Assembly: GCA_020431915.1 (NCBI GenBank)
Contig: JAGQHJ010000003.1
Location: 29,032 to 93,031, forward strand
Direction: 5' to 3'
DNA from: Cyanobacteria bacterium HKST-UBA04
GTDB lineage: Bacteria > Cyanobacteriota > Vampirovibrionia > Vampirovibrionales > JAGQHJ01
DNA: 64,000 nucleotides
The position numbers were made by a program, and so were the translations under genes. This document shows, one piece after another, positions 46,571 through 55,730 of this stretch. The notes below the pieces were generated by a model. That model made no database searches and was not told where the DNA came from. It worked only from the letters and a program-made list of their open reading frames with translations. Within the stretch, counting starts at the first letter, position 1; the number at the start of each line of letters is the position of its first letter.

Positions 46571-47854
46571 ATGAAAAAACCCGTTCGGTGGACAGCCGTT
46601 GCATGCTATGGCGTGGCGTTGGTCTTGCTGGTATACGCTGCCGGTTTGTTTACGGCGGTGCTCGATGCCTGGCCCTATCGCAAGGCCTTGGATATGGCCA
46701 CGTACGTCAAACTCTGGTCCCAGATTCCCGAATCCGAAAAGCAGGTCATTGGGGATCAATTTAACGGGGTTAACCACCAGCGTGTCGGCCTGCAGGTTTA
46801 CGACCAACAGCATGCCTGGCCGGGCGTGACGTTGTACGCGTCTGCCGAACCCAATTTAAATGCCTACCTCGTGGCCATGGACGGCCAGGTCTTGCACCGT
46901 TGGTCGTTTGATTTAACCGCCATGTTTGGCCGTCAACCGGCCAAACCGGTATACCTGCGTCGGGTGCGGTTGCTGCCCAATGGCGATCTGATAGGCCTGT
47001 ACAATTCGGTGGGGTTCCACGAGCGTCCGGCCGGTATTTTCCGCGCTTCCCGGTCGGGTCAGGTGTTGTGGCACAACACCATGTTTCGGGCCCATCATGA
47101 TTTCGACCTGCTGCCCGATGGCCGGATTGTCTTGTTGGCCCAGACGTTTAAGCAACAGCACCCGACGGACAAACGGCTGTCTTCGCCCTATGTTGATGAC
47201 GAGGTGGTGCTGCTCGATGCCCAAGGACGTTGGCTTGAAACCATGTCCATTGTCGATGCGTTTTTGGCAACGCCGTATGAACGCGACATCCTGCTGCGCC
47301 ATAACGCGCAGGGCGATTACCTTCACACCAATACGGTCCATGCCATTACGGCCGAACAGGCCAAGCATTTTCCCTACGGGCAGGTGGGCGATGTGTTGTT
47401 GACCCACCGAAATCGCCATACGGTGTCGGTGCTGAACTTGGCCAGCCGAAAAGTAACCCGTCTGTTCTCCGAGTTCTATTCCCAAATTCACGATGCGCGG
47501 TTGTTGGACAACGGCCATATTCTGGTTTTCGAAAACAGGGGGGTGGTGCTGCCCAACGGGCGTGTGGGGTCCCTGGTCAAGGAACTGGACGTGCCCAACC
47601 GCCAGGTGGTGTGGTCTTACCATGGGTCTGCCGAGAAGCCGTTTTTTACCGGGCCGCGTGGCGGGCAGCAGCGTTTGCCCAACGGCAACACGTTGATTTT
47701 TGAAAGCAAAAGCGGGCGTATTTTCGAGGTGACCCCCGCCCATGCCATTGTTTGGGAGTACTATACACCGGTTCGCAAGAACGGGGGGATTAGTACCGTG
47801 CACCGGGGCGACCGTTACCCGGTACACTATTGGCAAGACCACTCGGCCTCATGA
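46571..47854 (+). CDS. Membrane-anchored ASST-like beta-propeller protein, paralog 2
   Basis: TM anchor (AVACYGVALVLLVYAAGLF). Motifs VTLYA, RRVRLLPNGDL, HHDFD, LHTNTVH, PNGNTL, ESKSGRIFEVTP, VWEYY. Confidence 0.65.
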   Translation: MKKPVRWTAVACYGVALVLLVYAAGLFTAVLDAWPYRKALDMATYVKLWSQIPESEKQVIGDQFNGVNHQRVGLQVYDQQHAWPGVTLYASAEPNLNAYLVAMDGQVLHRWSFDLTAMFGRQPAKPVYLRRVRLLPNGDLIGLYNSVGFHERPAGIFRASRSGQVLWHNTMFRAHHDFDLLPDGRIVLLAQTFKQQHPTDKRLSSPYVDDEVVLLDAQGRWLETMSIVDAFLATPYERDILLRHNAQGDYLHTNTVHAITAEQAKHFPYGQVGDVLLTHRNRHTVSVLNLASRKVTRLFSEFYSQIHDARLLDNGHILVFENRGVVLPNGRVGSLVKELDVPNRQVVWSYHGSAEKPFFTGPRGGQQRLPNGNTLIFESKSGRIFEVTPAHAIVWEYYTPVRKNGGISTVHRGDRYPVHYWQDHSAS

Positions 47855-47921
47855 CCCGGCCTCGTGATTCGGTTGTGTGGATCGACTGTGTCCGTAGCGG
47901 CTGTGTGGAAGGTGAAACCCG

Positions 47922-49241
47922 ATGATGCAAAAACCGTTTTGGTTTAAGCCCGCTGCACTTGTGCTTTATGCCGGTGCCTTGGCCTTTCTGGCCTATGTGC
48001 TGGGCATGGCCTCCGGGCGGTTCGAGGGCCCCGGCAGCGCTTTGATTCGCGACACGGTGGCGTACCTGAGTGCCGAGCGCCAAAAGACGGCGTTTGATCG
48101 GGACTTCATCAAGCAGCGGTTTTATCCGGCCCGAACCCCGGCCAGCGGGGTCTTGGCTGTGCAGCCCGACAAGGCAGAGCCGGGGTTAACGCTGTATGCC
48201 ACGGCCGAGGATTTGAGTGCCTACCTCGTGGACATGGCTGGCCAGCCGGTGCACCAGTGGCATATTGATCCCAACACGCTGACGAAGCACCCCGTCAAAG
48301 CGGGGACCCATTTAATATTCCGTCGCGTCAAGTTGCTTGACGATGGGTCGTTTATGGGACTGTACGACTCAAAGGGCTACCATGGCCCGTACAACGGCAT
48401 GCTGAAATACGATGCCCAGGGCCGTTTGATCTGGCATAACGGATCGCTTGGGTTTCATCACGATTTCGAGATTGAGGCCGATGGTTCCGTGTTGACCTTG
48501 ACCCAGGGCTTTGCGCCCAGGCATCCGAGCAACCCGGTGCTGGATCGCTACTATATTGATTCGCGCGTGACGGTGCTCGATGCATCGGGTCGGCACAAGG
48601 AGTCGGTGTCCATTATTGACGCGCTGTTGGCCTCTCCCTACAAAACCTTGTTGTTTGACCGGCTGGCCAAGTCGGACGATGTGTTTACCCAGCGCGGGGA
48701 TCTGCTGCACGTTAATACGGTGCATCGTATTACGGCAGCCGAGGCCCAGTGGTTTAAGCCGGCCCAGGCGGGTCAGGTGCTGGTGTGCCTTCGGAACCTG
48801 CACGCGGTGGGAATCCTGGACATGGCCCAGAAAAAAATGGTGGCGGTGCTGCCGGATCACTTCTCGCAGATGCACCACCCACAGCTGTTGCCCAACGGGC
48901 ATATTTTATCCTTCGAGAATGCCACCCACATGGCCTCCTACAAGTGGAAGACGTCCGTCATCAAGGAGTACGATCCGATAACCCGCCAGATTGTTTGGTT
49001 GTATCAGGGCGATGCGGCGCACCCGTTTTTCTCGCCTACCCATGGGTACCAGCAACGCCTGGCCCATGGCAACACCCTTATTTTTGAATCCAATGCCGGT
49101 CGTATTTTTGAAGTGACGCCAAGTGGGGAGATTGTTTGGGAGTACTATACCCATGTGCGTTACGGCCAAAACCAAATTAGCCTCATCCATGCCGGGGAGC
49201 GGGTGCCCTTGTCCTACGGCCGCTTTTTTAAGGCGGAATGA
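47922..49241 (+). CDS. Membrane-anchored ASST-like beta-propeller protein, paralog 3
   Basis: TM anchor (AALVLYAGALAFLAYVLGM). Motifs LTLYA, RRVKLLDDGS, HHDFE, LHVNTVH, AHGNTL, ESNAGRIFEVTP, VWEYY. Confidence 0.65.
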   Translation: MMQKPFWFKPAALVLYAGALAFLAYVLGMASGRFEGPGSALIRDTVAYLSAERQKTAFDRDFIKQRFYPARTPASGVLAVQPDKAEPGLTLYATAEDLSAYLVDMAGQPVHQWHIDPNTLTKHPVKAGTHLIFRRVKLLDDGSFMGLYDSKGYHGPYNGMLKYDAQGRLIWHNGSLGFHHDFEIEADGSVLTLTQGFAPRHPSNPVLDRYYIDSRVTVLDASGRHKESVSIIDALLASPYKTLLFDRLAKSDDVFTQRGDLLHVNTVHRITAAEAQWFKPAQAGQVLVCLRNLHAVGILDMAQKKMVAVLPDHFSQMHHPQLLPNGHILSFENATHMASYKWKTSVIKEYDPITRQIVWLYQGDAAHPFFSPTHGYQQRLAHGNTLIFESNAGRIFEVTPSGEIVWEYYTHVRYGQNQISLIHAGERVPLSYGRFFKAE

Positions 49242-49367
49242 GGGGTATCGCGCAACGGCGCGTTTGTAACAAATTTGTTGGATTACCCTGGGTCGGTTGT
49301 CAAAAAAGGGTCTTGAGACGCGTTTAGTGGGTATTGATTAGCCGTAACCTTAGTTGTTTGTGTCTGT

Positions 49368-49898
49368 ATGCTGAACCGTATTCCACCGTTTAATACCGCC
49401 CGACCTGCTTTTGGCATTGCGCCAGGCAATCCGTCGTCAGCCAGTGACCCCAATGAACCCAACGCGGTAAGTTTTGACGCGTATATTCGCGAGCAATTGG
49501 GGTTGCCGCCGGATGCACCTCAGCATGTGGTCGATCAGATGTTGGCCGATCCCGTTGGGGCTGCCAACCAACAGATGGGGCTGCCTGCCGACTTGGGTCA
49601 TGGTCCTGTCGATACCTTTGTGAATCAACAGTTGCTGGCAGCACCCCGCCAACAACTGGGCCTGCCTGGCGTTAACGCTTCTGACGGGCTGGTGTTGGGT
49701 ACCCTGGCCGAGCAGCCGGTAGCCGATGCCAACGGTGGTACGGTGCCGTTTGCCAGTTTGTCCGATCGCTTAGCCGAGCGGGTTGGGCCGTTAACCAAAG
49801 GTCGGCTGGCTGAGTTAGCCCAACAGCTGAAATTGCCCGAAGGGGCCGGCATAAAGCAAATTCTTGCCGCACTGGGGCAGTTTGCCGGCCAGGGGTAA
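49368..49898 (+). CDS. Hypothetical protein with four Q-[LM]-[GK]-L-P repeats
   Basis: 176 codons. Repeats are EQLGLPPDAP, QQMGLPADLG, QQLGLPGVNA and QQLKLPEGAG. No recognisable domain. Confidence 0.5.
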   Translation: MLNRIPPFNTARPAFGIAPGNPSSASDPNEPNAVSFDAYIREQLGLPPDAPQHVVDQMLADPVGAANQQMGLPADLGHGPVDTFVNQQLLAAPRQQLGLPGVNASDGLVLGTLAEQPVADANGGTVPFASLSDRLAERVGPLTKGRLAELAQQLKLPEGAGIKQILAALGQFAGQG

Positions 49899-49904
49899 TG
49901 CCTC

Positions 49905-49955
49905 TTTTGCCGTTACACCTATTTTGCCGTTACACCTATTTTGCCGTTACACCTA
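49905..49955. repeat. Perfect 17-bp tandem repeat TTTTGCCGTTACACCTA x3
   Basis: Read directly. It lies between convergent genes, and the last 3 nt of copy 3 are the thrC stop codon (CTA on the plus strand). Confidence 0.9.
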
Positions 49956-51053
49956 TAGGTTGAGATGGGTGCAAATGGTTTTGAAGTCTGCCGGCAGGGT
50001 GGCTTTTTTGGCCTTGCCATAGGCAACGGCGTTGTCGGGATCCTTCAGGCCTTGGCCGGTTAGGATACAGACGACGGTACTGTTGGCTTCAACCTTGCCT
50101 TGGGCAGCGGCTTTCTTTAGGCCGCCCACACTGGCACCGCAGGCCGGTTCGGCAAACACGCCTTCCAGTTCGGCCGCCGCCTTCCAGCCGGCCACAATCT
50201 CGTCGTCATTAACGCTGTCAATCCAGCCGCCTGATTCGTCGCGGGCCGCTTCGGCTGCCTCCCAGCTGGCCGGGTTGCCAATGCGGATGGCGGTGGCCAG
50301 GGTTTCGGGATGATCGAATTTCTTGCCCTGCACAATGGCGGCAGCCCCTTCGGCCTCGTAGCCGCACATTTTGGGTAGGGTACTGATGTGCCCGGCTTCC
50401 ATGAAGCGTTGGTAGCCCGCCCAGTAGGCGGTAATGTTGCCTGCATTGCCCACCGGGATGAAATGGTAATCGGGGGGTTGCGGTACGCCAAGATAGCTGC
50501 CCAGCTGCTGGCAAATCTCGAAGGCCCCGCTTTGCTGACCCCGGATGCGGTAGGGGTTGATGCTGTTGACGATGGCCACCTGGGGCAGGGCGGCAAACTC
50601 GCGCACGATGTCGAGGGCTTCGTCGAAGTTGCCCTCGATTTCGATGATGTGGGCCCCGTACATAATGGCCTGCGACAATTTGCCTAACGCCACCTTGCCT
50701 TTGGGCAGCACAATAATGGTTTGCAGCCCGGCGCGGGCCCCGTAGGCGGCTGCCGAGGCACTGGTGTTGCCGGTGCTGGCGCAAACAATATGGGTTTTAC
50801 CATCCTTTACGGCTTGGCTGACGGCAAAGGTCATGCCCCGATCCTTGAAAGAGCCGGTGGGGTTGGCCCCCTCGAATTTGACAAACAGGTTCAGGTCCAG
50901 TCCAGGGGCGGCCCATTCGGCCAGCTTGGGGGCAGGAATGAGCGGGGTGTTGCCTTCGTTGAGCGAAACAATGGGGTAGTCGACCGGCAGCTCATACAGC
51001 GTGCGGAAGCGTTCAAGAATACCAAGGGAAGCGGGTCGGGTGGTGGTGGTCAT
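49953..51053 (-). CDS. thrC: Threonine synthase
   Basis: PLP-lysine block FEGANPTGSFKDRGM and ASTGNTSASAAAY. Start taken at MTTTTRP; the ORF is open to 51110. Confidence 0.9.
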   Translation of the reverse strand: MTTTTRPASLGILERFRTLYELPVDYPIVSLNEGNTPLIPAPKLAEWAAPGLDLNLFVKFEGANPTGSFKDRGMTFAVSQAVKDGKTHIVCASTGNTSASAAAYGARAGLQTIIVLPKGKVALGKLSQAIMYGAHIIEIEGNFDEALDIVREFAALPQVAIVNSINPYRIRGQQSGAFEICQQLGSYLGVPQPPDYHFIPVGNAGNITAYWAGYQRFMEAGHISTLPKMCGYEAEGAAAIVQGKKFDHPETLATAIRIGNPASWEAAEAARDESGGWIDSVNDDEIVAGWKAAAELEGVFAEPACGASVGGLKKAAAQGKVEANSTVVCILTGQGLKDPDNAVAYGKAKKATLPADFKTICTHLNL

Positions 51054-51069
51054 CGGCAAGTCACGGTCC

Positions 51070-52461
51070 TTATATGGAATCGAAAACCCGTAACACGGTT
51101 TGCACATCACGGGTTTGCGGCAGGGCCCGGATGCGATCGAGCGCGGCCTGCAGCTTCCCTTCCTGCACGCAGTGGGTCAACAACACAATGCTGGCCGAAT
51201 TGGTTGCCTCGTCCGTCCCTTTCTGCAGGACGGCATGCAGGCTGACGTCACAATCACCGCAGGCCATGCCCAGGGCTCCCATTACGCCCGGCACGTCGTT
51301 GGCCGTCAGGCGGATGTAATAGGCGTTGGTTGTCTCGGCAATAGGGACGATGGGGTGGGGGGTGCTCGAGGCGAAGCTGACGCGCATACCCGGATGCTGG
51401 GTTGGGTGTCCTCCGCATGGGGAGTCGGATTGGTGGCTTGCCAGTGAGGCAGCCACCAGATTAATGTCGCCGCTGACGGCACTGGCAGTCGGCAGCTCGC
51501 CGGCCCCTTTGCCGTAAAACATGGTTTCACCTACCGCATCGCCCTGTACCCAAATGGCGTTGTTTTCAAAGGTTACCTTGGCCAGGGGGTGGTCGGCAGG
51601 AACGAGCATGGGGTGCACCCGGATGTCGTACCCTTGGGTATTGTCGCTACTGGGCCAGGGCTTGGCTAGTGCCAGCAGGCGAATGCGGTAACCGAGCTCG
51701 TCGGCCATGGCCATGTCGGCCGGGGTCAGGCGGGCAATGCCTTCGGTGTACACGTCCTTTGGCGAAAAAGGTTTGCCAAAAGCCAGACTGCCGAGGATGG
51801 CAACTTTGCATGCGGCATCGTGGCCTTCCACATCGGCGGTCGGGTCTGCTTCGGCAAACCCCAGGTGCTGGGCATCGGCCAGGGCGGTTTCAAACGCGAG
51901 GCCATGGTCCTGTTCCATGCGTGTCAGGATGTAATTGGTGGTGCCATTCAGGATACCGGCAATCTGCTCGATGCGGTTGGCGGCCAGTGACACCTTGAGG
52001 GGCAGGACAATGGGAATCCCGCCGGCTACGGCCCCCTCAAACAACAGGTTTACCTGGTGCGCGTTGGCCAGGGCAAACAACTCCGGCCCATGGTGGGCAA
52101 TGACCATTTTATTGGCCGTTACCACATGCTTGCCTGCCGACAAGGCTTGTTTAATGACCCGGTAGGCTTCGTCCATGCCCCCCATCAGTTCCACGACAAT
52201 CGCTACGTCGGGGTGCTCAAGCACCTCGTCGACGTGGGTGGTCAATTTTGCCTGGTCTGGTGCCAGCAGGCCGGGGCGTTCCTTGCCCGGATCGCGCACG
52301 GCTATTTTAATCACGTCCAGGCCGGGCGTGCGGTTTACCAGCTTGTACACCCCGGTTCCGACCGTACCCAGCCCGAGCAGGCCGATACCAATGGTGGCTT
52401 TTTCCTCTGAGCTGCAGGTTTGGGTTTGAGTGGTCATGGTGGGGGTGCCGGGCTGATTCAT
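51070..52461 (-). CDS. hom: Homoserine dehydrogenase
   Basis: NAD-binding LLGLGTVGTGVY, then the catalytic domain and a C-terminal ACT-like domain. It ends 16 nt upstream of thrC. Confidence 0.88.
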   Translation of the reverse strand: MNQPGTPTMTTQTQTCSSEEKATIGIGLLGLGTVGTGVYKLVNRTPGLDVIKIAVRDPGKERPGLLAPDQAKLTTHVDEVLEHPDVAIVVELMGGMDEAYRVIKQALSAGKHVVTANKMVIAHHGPELFALANAHQVNLLFEGAVAGGIPIVLPLKVSLAANRIEQIAGILNGTTNYILTRMEQDHGLAFETALADAQHLGFAEADPTADVEGHDAACKVAILGSLAFGKPFSPKDVYTEGIARLTPADMAMADELGYRIRLLALAKPWPSSDNTQGYDIRVHPMLVPADHPLAKVTFENNAIWVQGDAVGETMFYGKGAGELPTASAVSGDINLVAASLASHQSDSPCGGHPTQHPGMRVSFASSTPHPIVPIAETTNAYYIRLTANDVPGVMGALGMACGDCDVSLHAVLQKGTDEATNSASIVLLTHCVQEGKLQAALDRIRALPQTRDVQTVLRVFDSI

Positions 52462-52602
52462 CGGGGCCGATTTTCCTAGGTTGTTTGCTGTCGGGTGTTT
52501 TCTGCACAGCCTAACGGCTTGTGGCTTGAAGCGGTATAAGCTGTAAAGCCCGATTGTAGCAAAAACGGGCCGCAAACACCTTGATACCGACACGAAAGCC
52601 CG

Positions 52603-53535
52603 TTAAACGGGCTCGACAGGATGGAAAGAGCTTCGGTTACGGTGGGGCCGGTTGTTGTCGTGACGGCGCTGCCGTTTTTGGTTGCTGGCCGGGTTGCTGC
52701 CAGGCCCCCCGTGGGTATGGCGACCGGCCAGAGGCAGGTATCCCAAGCCAAGGCCTAAAATCTGGCTGGCAAGCGGTTGAGCAACAATTGTCTCGTTGTG
52801 GTCGACGGCGTTTGGTAACACTGCAGCAGCAGGGTGGTGAATCGAGGTGATGGGGGTTGCCGGTGACAGGGGGCCGGGTTGGTCGACTCGGCTAATGGCG
52901 TCGATGGCGGCGCACATGGTAGCGCCGGTGGTAACCAGGTCGTCCAAAACAATGACCGGGGCGTGGCTTTCGGCCAGGACTTCCTCAAACCGGGTGTGCA
53001 GGCGCAAGGCCCCGTTCATGTTCAGCCACCGGCTGTGGCGTTGGTTTAAATGGTGTTGCGGGGTGGTGGATTTGCACCAGGTCAAGGCACAGGGTTCAAA
53101 CCGGTACCCAAGCTGGCTGGCGAACGGACGGGCAATTCGAATGAGGTGCGAATGGGTTTGGTCCAGCCGGCGGGGCGGGATAACCGTGACGATGGGTGGT
53201 TGCTTGAACCGGGCCTCGTAGCGGGCCATGCACTGGGTTGTCCAGAAGTGCAACAGGTATTCGGCCAGGGTTTGGCCAAACTGGGGCTTGTTATGAAACT
53301 TAAGCTGGTACAGCTGGTATTTGAGCAGGGGCGAGAGGGTATACCCCGCCAAAACAGGGCTGCCGCCCCGCCGGAAGAGGGGGGCTTCTTCGCGCAGTTG
53401 CAGCTTGTCCTGGCAAGCGACGCAGAGCCACTCGTAGGGCTCCTTAACATCTGCCTGGTGGCAGCACCGGCATAAATCCGGTTTCAGGGTCAGCTTGAGC
53501 CGGTCCCACGCTTTGTCAAACAGGGCGATGGCCAT
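52603..53535 (-). CDS. comF: ComF-family phosphoribosyltransferase-domain protein with ~100-aa C-terminal extension
   Basis: N-terminal Cys pairs (CRCC...CVAC) and PRT motif VIVLDDLVTTGATM. Confidence 0.75.
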   Translation of the reverse strand: MAIALFDKAWDRLKLTLKPDLCRCCHQADVKEPYEWLCVACQDKLQLREEAPLFRRGGSPVLAGYTLSPLLKYQLYQLKFHNKPQFGQTLAEYLLHFWTTQCMARYEARFKQPPIVTVIPPRRLDQTHSHLIRIARPFASQLGYRFEPCALTWCKSTTPQHHLNQRHSRWLNMNGALRLHTRFEEVLAESHAPVIVLDDLVTTGATMCAAIDAISRVDQPGPLSPATPITSIHHPAAAVLPNAVDHNETIVAQPLASQILGLGLGYLPLAGRHTHGGPGSNPASNQKRQRRHDNNRPHRNRSSFHPVEPV

Positions 53536-53558
53536 ACCGAAAACAGAACACCTATTTA

Positions 53559-53585
53559 GAAAAATACGGGTTGGAAAAATACGGG
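53559..53585. repeat. Direct repeat GAAAAATACGGG x2 (15-bp period)
   Basis: Read directly. It begins 24 nt upstream of the comF start codon (minus strand). Confidence 0.75.
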
Positions 53586-53957
53586 CAAAAACCCCTGGGG
53601 ATCAATCGGGTTGAGGAACAGGGCGCCGCTGGGCGATAGGGGTAGTTGCGGCTGGGGTATTCCCACTTCGATTACCCAAAAGCGGGCCACTGGTTATGCC
53701 ACCGCAATGGGGGCGGTGATTCAACAGACACGCCTTTCAAGGGTGCCTTCATCATAAGGGAAGGGGCAGTGCACGTCACGGAGGAGATTGGTGCTTGCTT
53801 AATAAAAATTAAGATGGAACGGGGCCAGTTTGACACGGCCTGGAAGCTGATTACAGTGGGTTTATCGTGATGATGTTGATGGTTAACGCCGGCCTGTTAA
53901 GCCTTGCACGGGCCTATTGGCGGAAAAACCCACCCAGCAAAGGGGGAAATACTGCCC

Positions 53958-54473
53958 ATGACCACTGCCCAAGCGTGCTGTACCCCGTTGTGCCAACCAG
54001 CCGATGCGGTATGTGATTTGTCCGACACACTTTTTGTAGGGGCTGCCCGTATTTTGACGACCATGGCTACCGTAACCCTTTATGTCCTGGCCGCGTCCTG
54101 GCGATTTGCCCAGGCCGCCTGGGCTGATGCCGTTCGGTGCCGTCATACCCGCACGGTTATGGTTGAAGGCAAAACCTATTGCCCAGATTGCGGCGAAGGG
54201 GTGGTGTTTGCTTGGGTCATGCTTCGCTGCAGCCATTGCCGACGGATACGGCCGGCCTGCTACAGCCATGAATCGGTGGTAACCGAGGATCGCTGCTGCC
54301 GGCACTGCGGCACCCATCATGTCCAGAAGGTTCGGCTTGAGGCACCGGATTATTTCCAGGCCCAGTTTGCCCTGCTGGAAAAGCAGCCCGATCGGCCTCA
54401 ACAGACCGTGCCGAGGGTGGTTGGGGCCTGGGTTGAGCCTTGCCCGCCCGCCGTTGCCCTGCTGACCGGGTAG
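53958..54473 (+). CDS. Hypothetical Cys-rich (zinc-ribbon-like) protein
   Basis: ATG lies after AAAGGGGGAAA. Contains CC..LC..., a hydrophobic segment, then CPDCG...CSHC...CCRHCG. Confidence 0.45.
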   Translation: MTTAQACCTPLCQPADAVCDLSDTLFVGAARILTTMATVTLYVLAASWRFAQAAWADAVRCRHTRTVMVEGKTYCPDCGEGVVFAWVMLRCSHCRRIRPACYSHESVVTEDRCCRHCGTHHVQKVRLEAPDYFQAQFALLEKQPDRPQQTVPRVVGAWVEPCPPAVALLTG

Positions 54474-54575
54474 GGGTTCATTGACCCGGTCAGATGCAAG
54501 TGCTATAACCCTTTAAGCGCCGACAACCCGCCACCGGTTTTGCAAGGCGTTTCCCCAGAGTATGTTCGAATGGAT

Positions 54576-54659
54576 GGAAGAGGTCCGGGTGGTGAGGAAG
54601 CCGCCTTGAAAGCGGTCGCCCCTTTGGGGTTGCAGGTTCGAATCCTGTCTCTTCCGCCA
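54576..54659 (+). tRNA. tRNA-Ser (anticodon UGA), CCA encoded
   Basis: Acceptor stem GGAAGAG/CTCTTCC with discriminator G plus CCA. 3-bp D stem. Anticodon stem GCCGC/GCGGT with loop CTTGAAA. Long variable arm (CCCC-TTT-GGGG). T arm GCAGG-TTCGAAT-CCTGT. Confidence 0.9.
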
Positions 54660-54707
54660 TTCCCCCACCGGTTTATCCGTCCAAACTCTAAAGTTCCAGG
54701 CCAATCG

Positions 54708-55712
54708 ATGATGTCTACCACCGCCCCCAACCCGTCAACCCAAGCCAAGCCCGCTCCCGGAAGCTGGGACAGATCGGCCATTGAGGCCTTGTATACCCGG
54801 CCCTTGCTCGACCTGGTGTTTGAGGCGCAGCAGGTGCACCGGCGTTTTCACGATCCGGGCAAGCTGCAGTTGTGTACCCTGAGCAACATCAAGTCGGGCC
54901 GTTGTCCCGAAGACTGCGCCTACTGCCCTCAAAGCGCTCGCTATGACACGGGTGTCGATACGTGGTCGCTGCCCGAGGTTAGCGAGATTGCTGCCCAGGC
55001 CCAAGCGGCCAAGGCGGCCGGTTCTTCCCGTTTCTGCATGGGCGCCGCCTGGCGCGAGGTTCGTGACGGGGCCGAGTTTGATCGCGTTATTGATATGGTC
55101 AAGGCCGTCAAAGCCCTGGACATGGAAGTCTGCGTGACGTTGGGACTGCTTAACCAGGAACAGGCCCAGCGCCTGAAGGCGGCTGGTGTGAAGGCCTACA
55201 ACCACAATATTGATACGTCGCCGGAGTATTACGAGCGCATTATTTCAACCCGGCGCTTCGAGGATCGGCTGCAGACCATTGCCCATGTGCAGGCTGCGGG
55301 CATGGAAGTTTGCTGCGGCGGTATCCTGGGGATGGGCGAAACCGAAGCCGATCGCATTGGGTTTGTCGAAGCCCTGACCCGGATTGATCCGGCCCCCACG
55401 TCCATACCCATTAACGCCCTGGTGCCCGTTACAGGTACACCGCTGGGTGAGCAGGCCATCGTTGATCCCCTCGACATGGTACGAACCATTGCCGCAGTGC
55501 GCATTACCGTGCCAACGGCCAATATTCGTTTGTCGGCCGGCCGTACCCACATGAGCGACGAGGCCCAAACCCTGTGTTTTATGGCCGGGGCCAATTCGAT
55601 TTTTACCGGCGACAAGCTGCTGACCACCGACAACCCAGGCACGAACCATGACCAGCAACTGATGGCCAAGCTGGGCCTGGAACCACTGACTCCCGAACCC
55701 CAGGCACTGTAG
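54708..55712 (+). CDS. bioB: Biotin synthase
   Basis: Radical-SAM CPEDCAYCPQS and the YNHNIDT block. Start set at ATG 54708 because the track's 54540 start would run through the tRNA gene. Confidence 0.9.
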   Translation: MMSTTAPNPSTQAKPAPGSWDRSAIEALYTRPLLDLVFEAQQVHRRFHDPGKLQLCTLSNIKSGRCPEDCAYCPQSARYDTGVDTWSLPEVSEIAAQAQAAKAAGSSRFCMGAAWREVRDGAEFDRVIDMVKAVKALDMEVCVTLGLLNQEQAQRLKAAGVKAYNHNIDTSPEYYERIISTRRFEDRLQTIAHVQAAGMEVCCGGILGMGETEADRIGFVEALTRIDPAPTSIPINALVPVTGTPLGEQAIVDPLDMVRTIAAVRITVPTANIRLSAGRTHMSDEAQTLCFMAGANSIFTGDKLLTTDNPGTNHDQQLMAKLGLEPLTPEPQAL

Positions 55713-55730
55713 TCGACTGGATTAGCTGGA

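Noticed and set aside
53646-53870. A 74-codon plus-strand ORF between comF and the Cys-rich gene. Also the mirror ORF at 6116-6430 opposite the 6079-6480 call.
   Set aside because: TTG start, no Shine-Dalgarno site, no motif and mixed third-position composition. The evidence is insufficient to annotate either ORF.
54540-54707. The track's longer BioB ORF starting at 54540.
   Set aside because: The extension runs through a well-formed tRNA-Ser gene (54576-54659). BioB homology only begins after the ATG at 54708.
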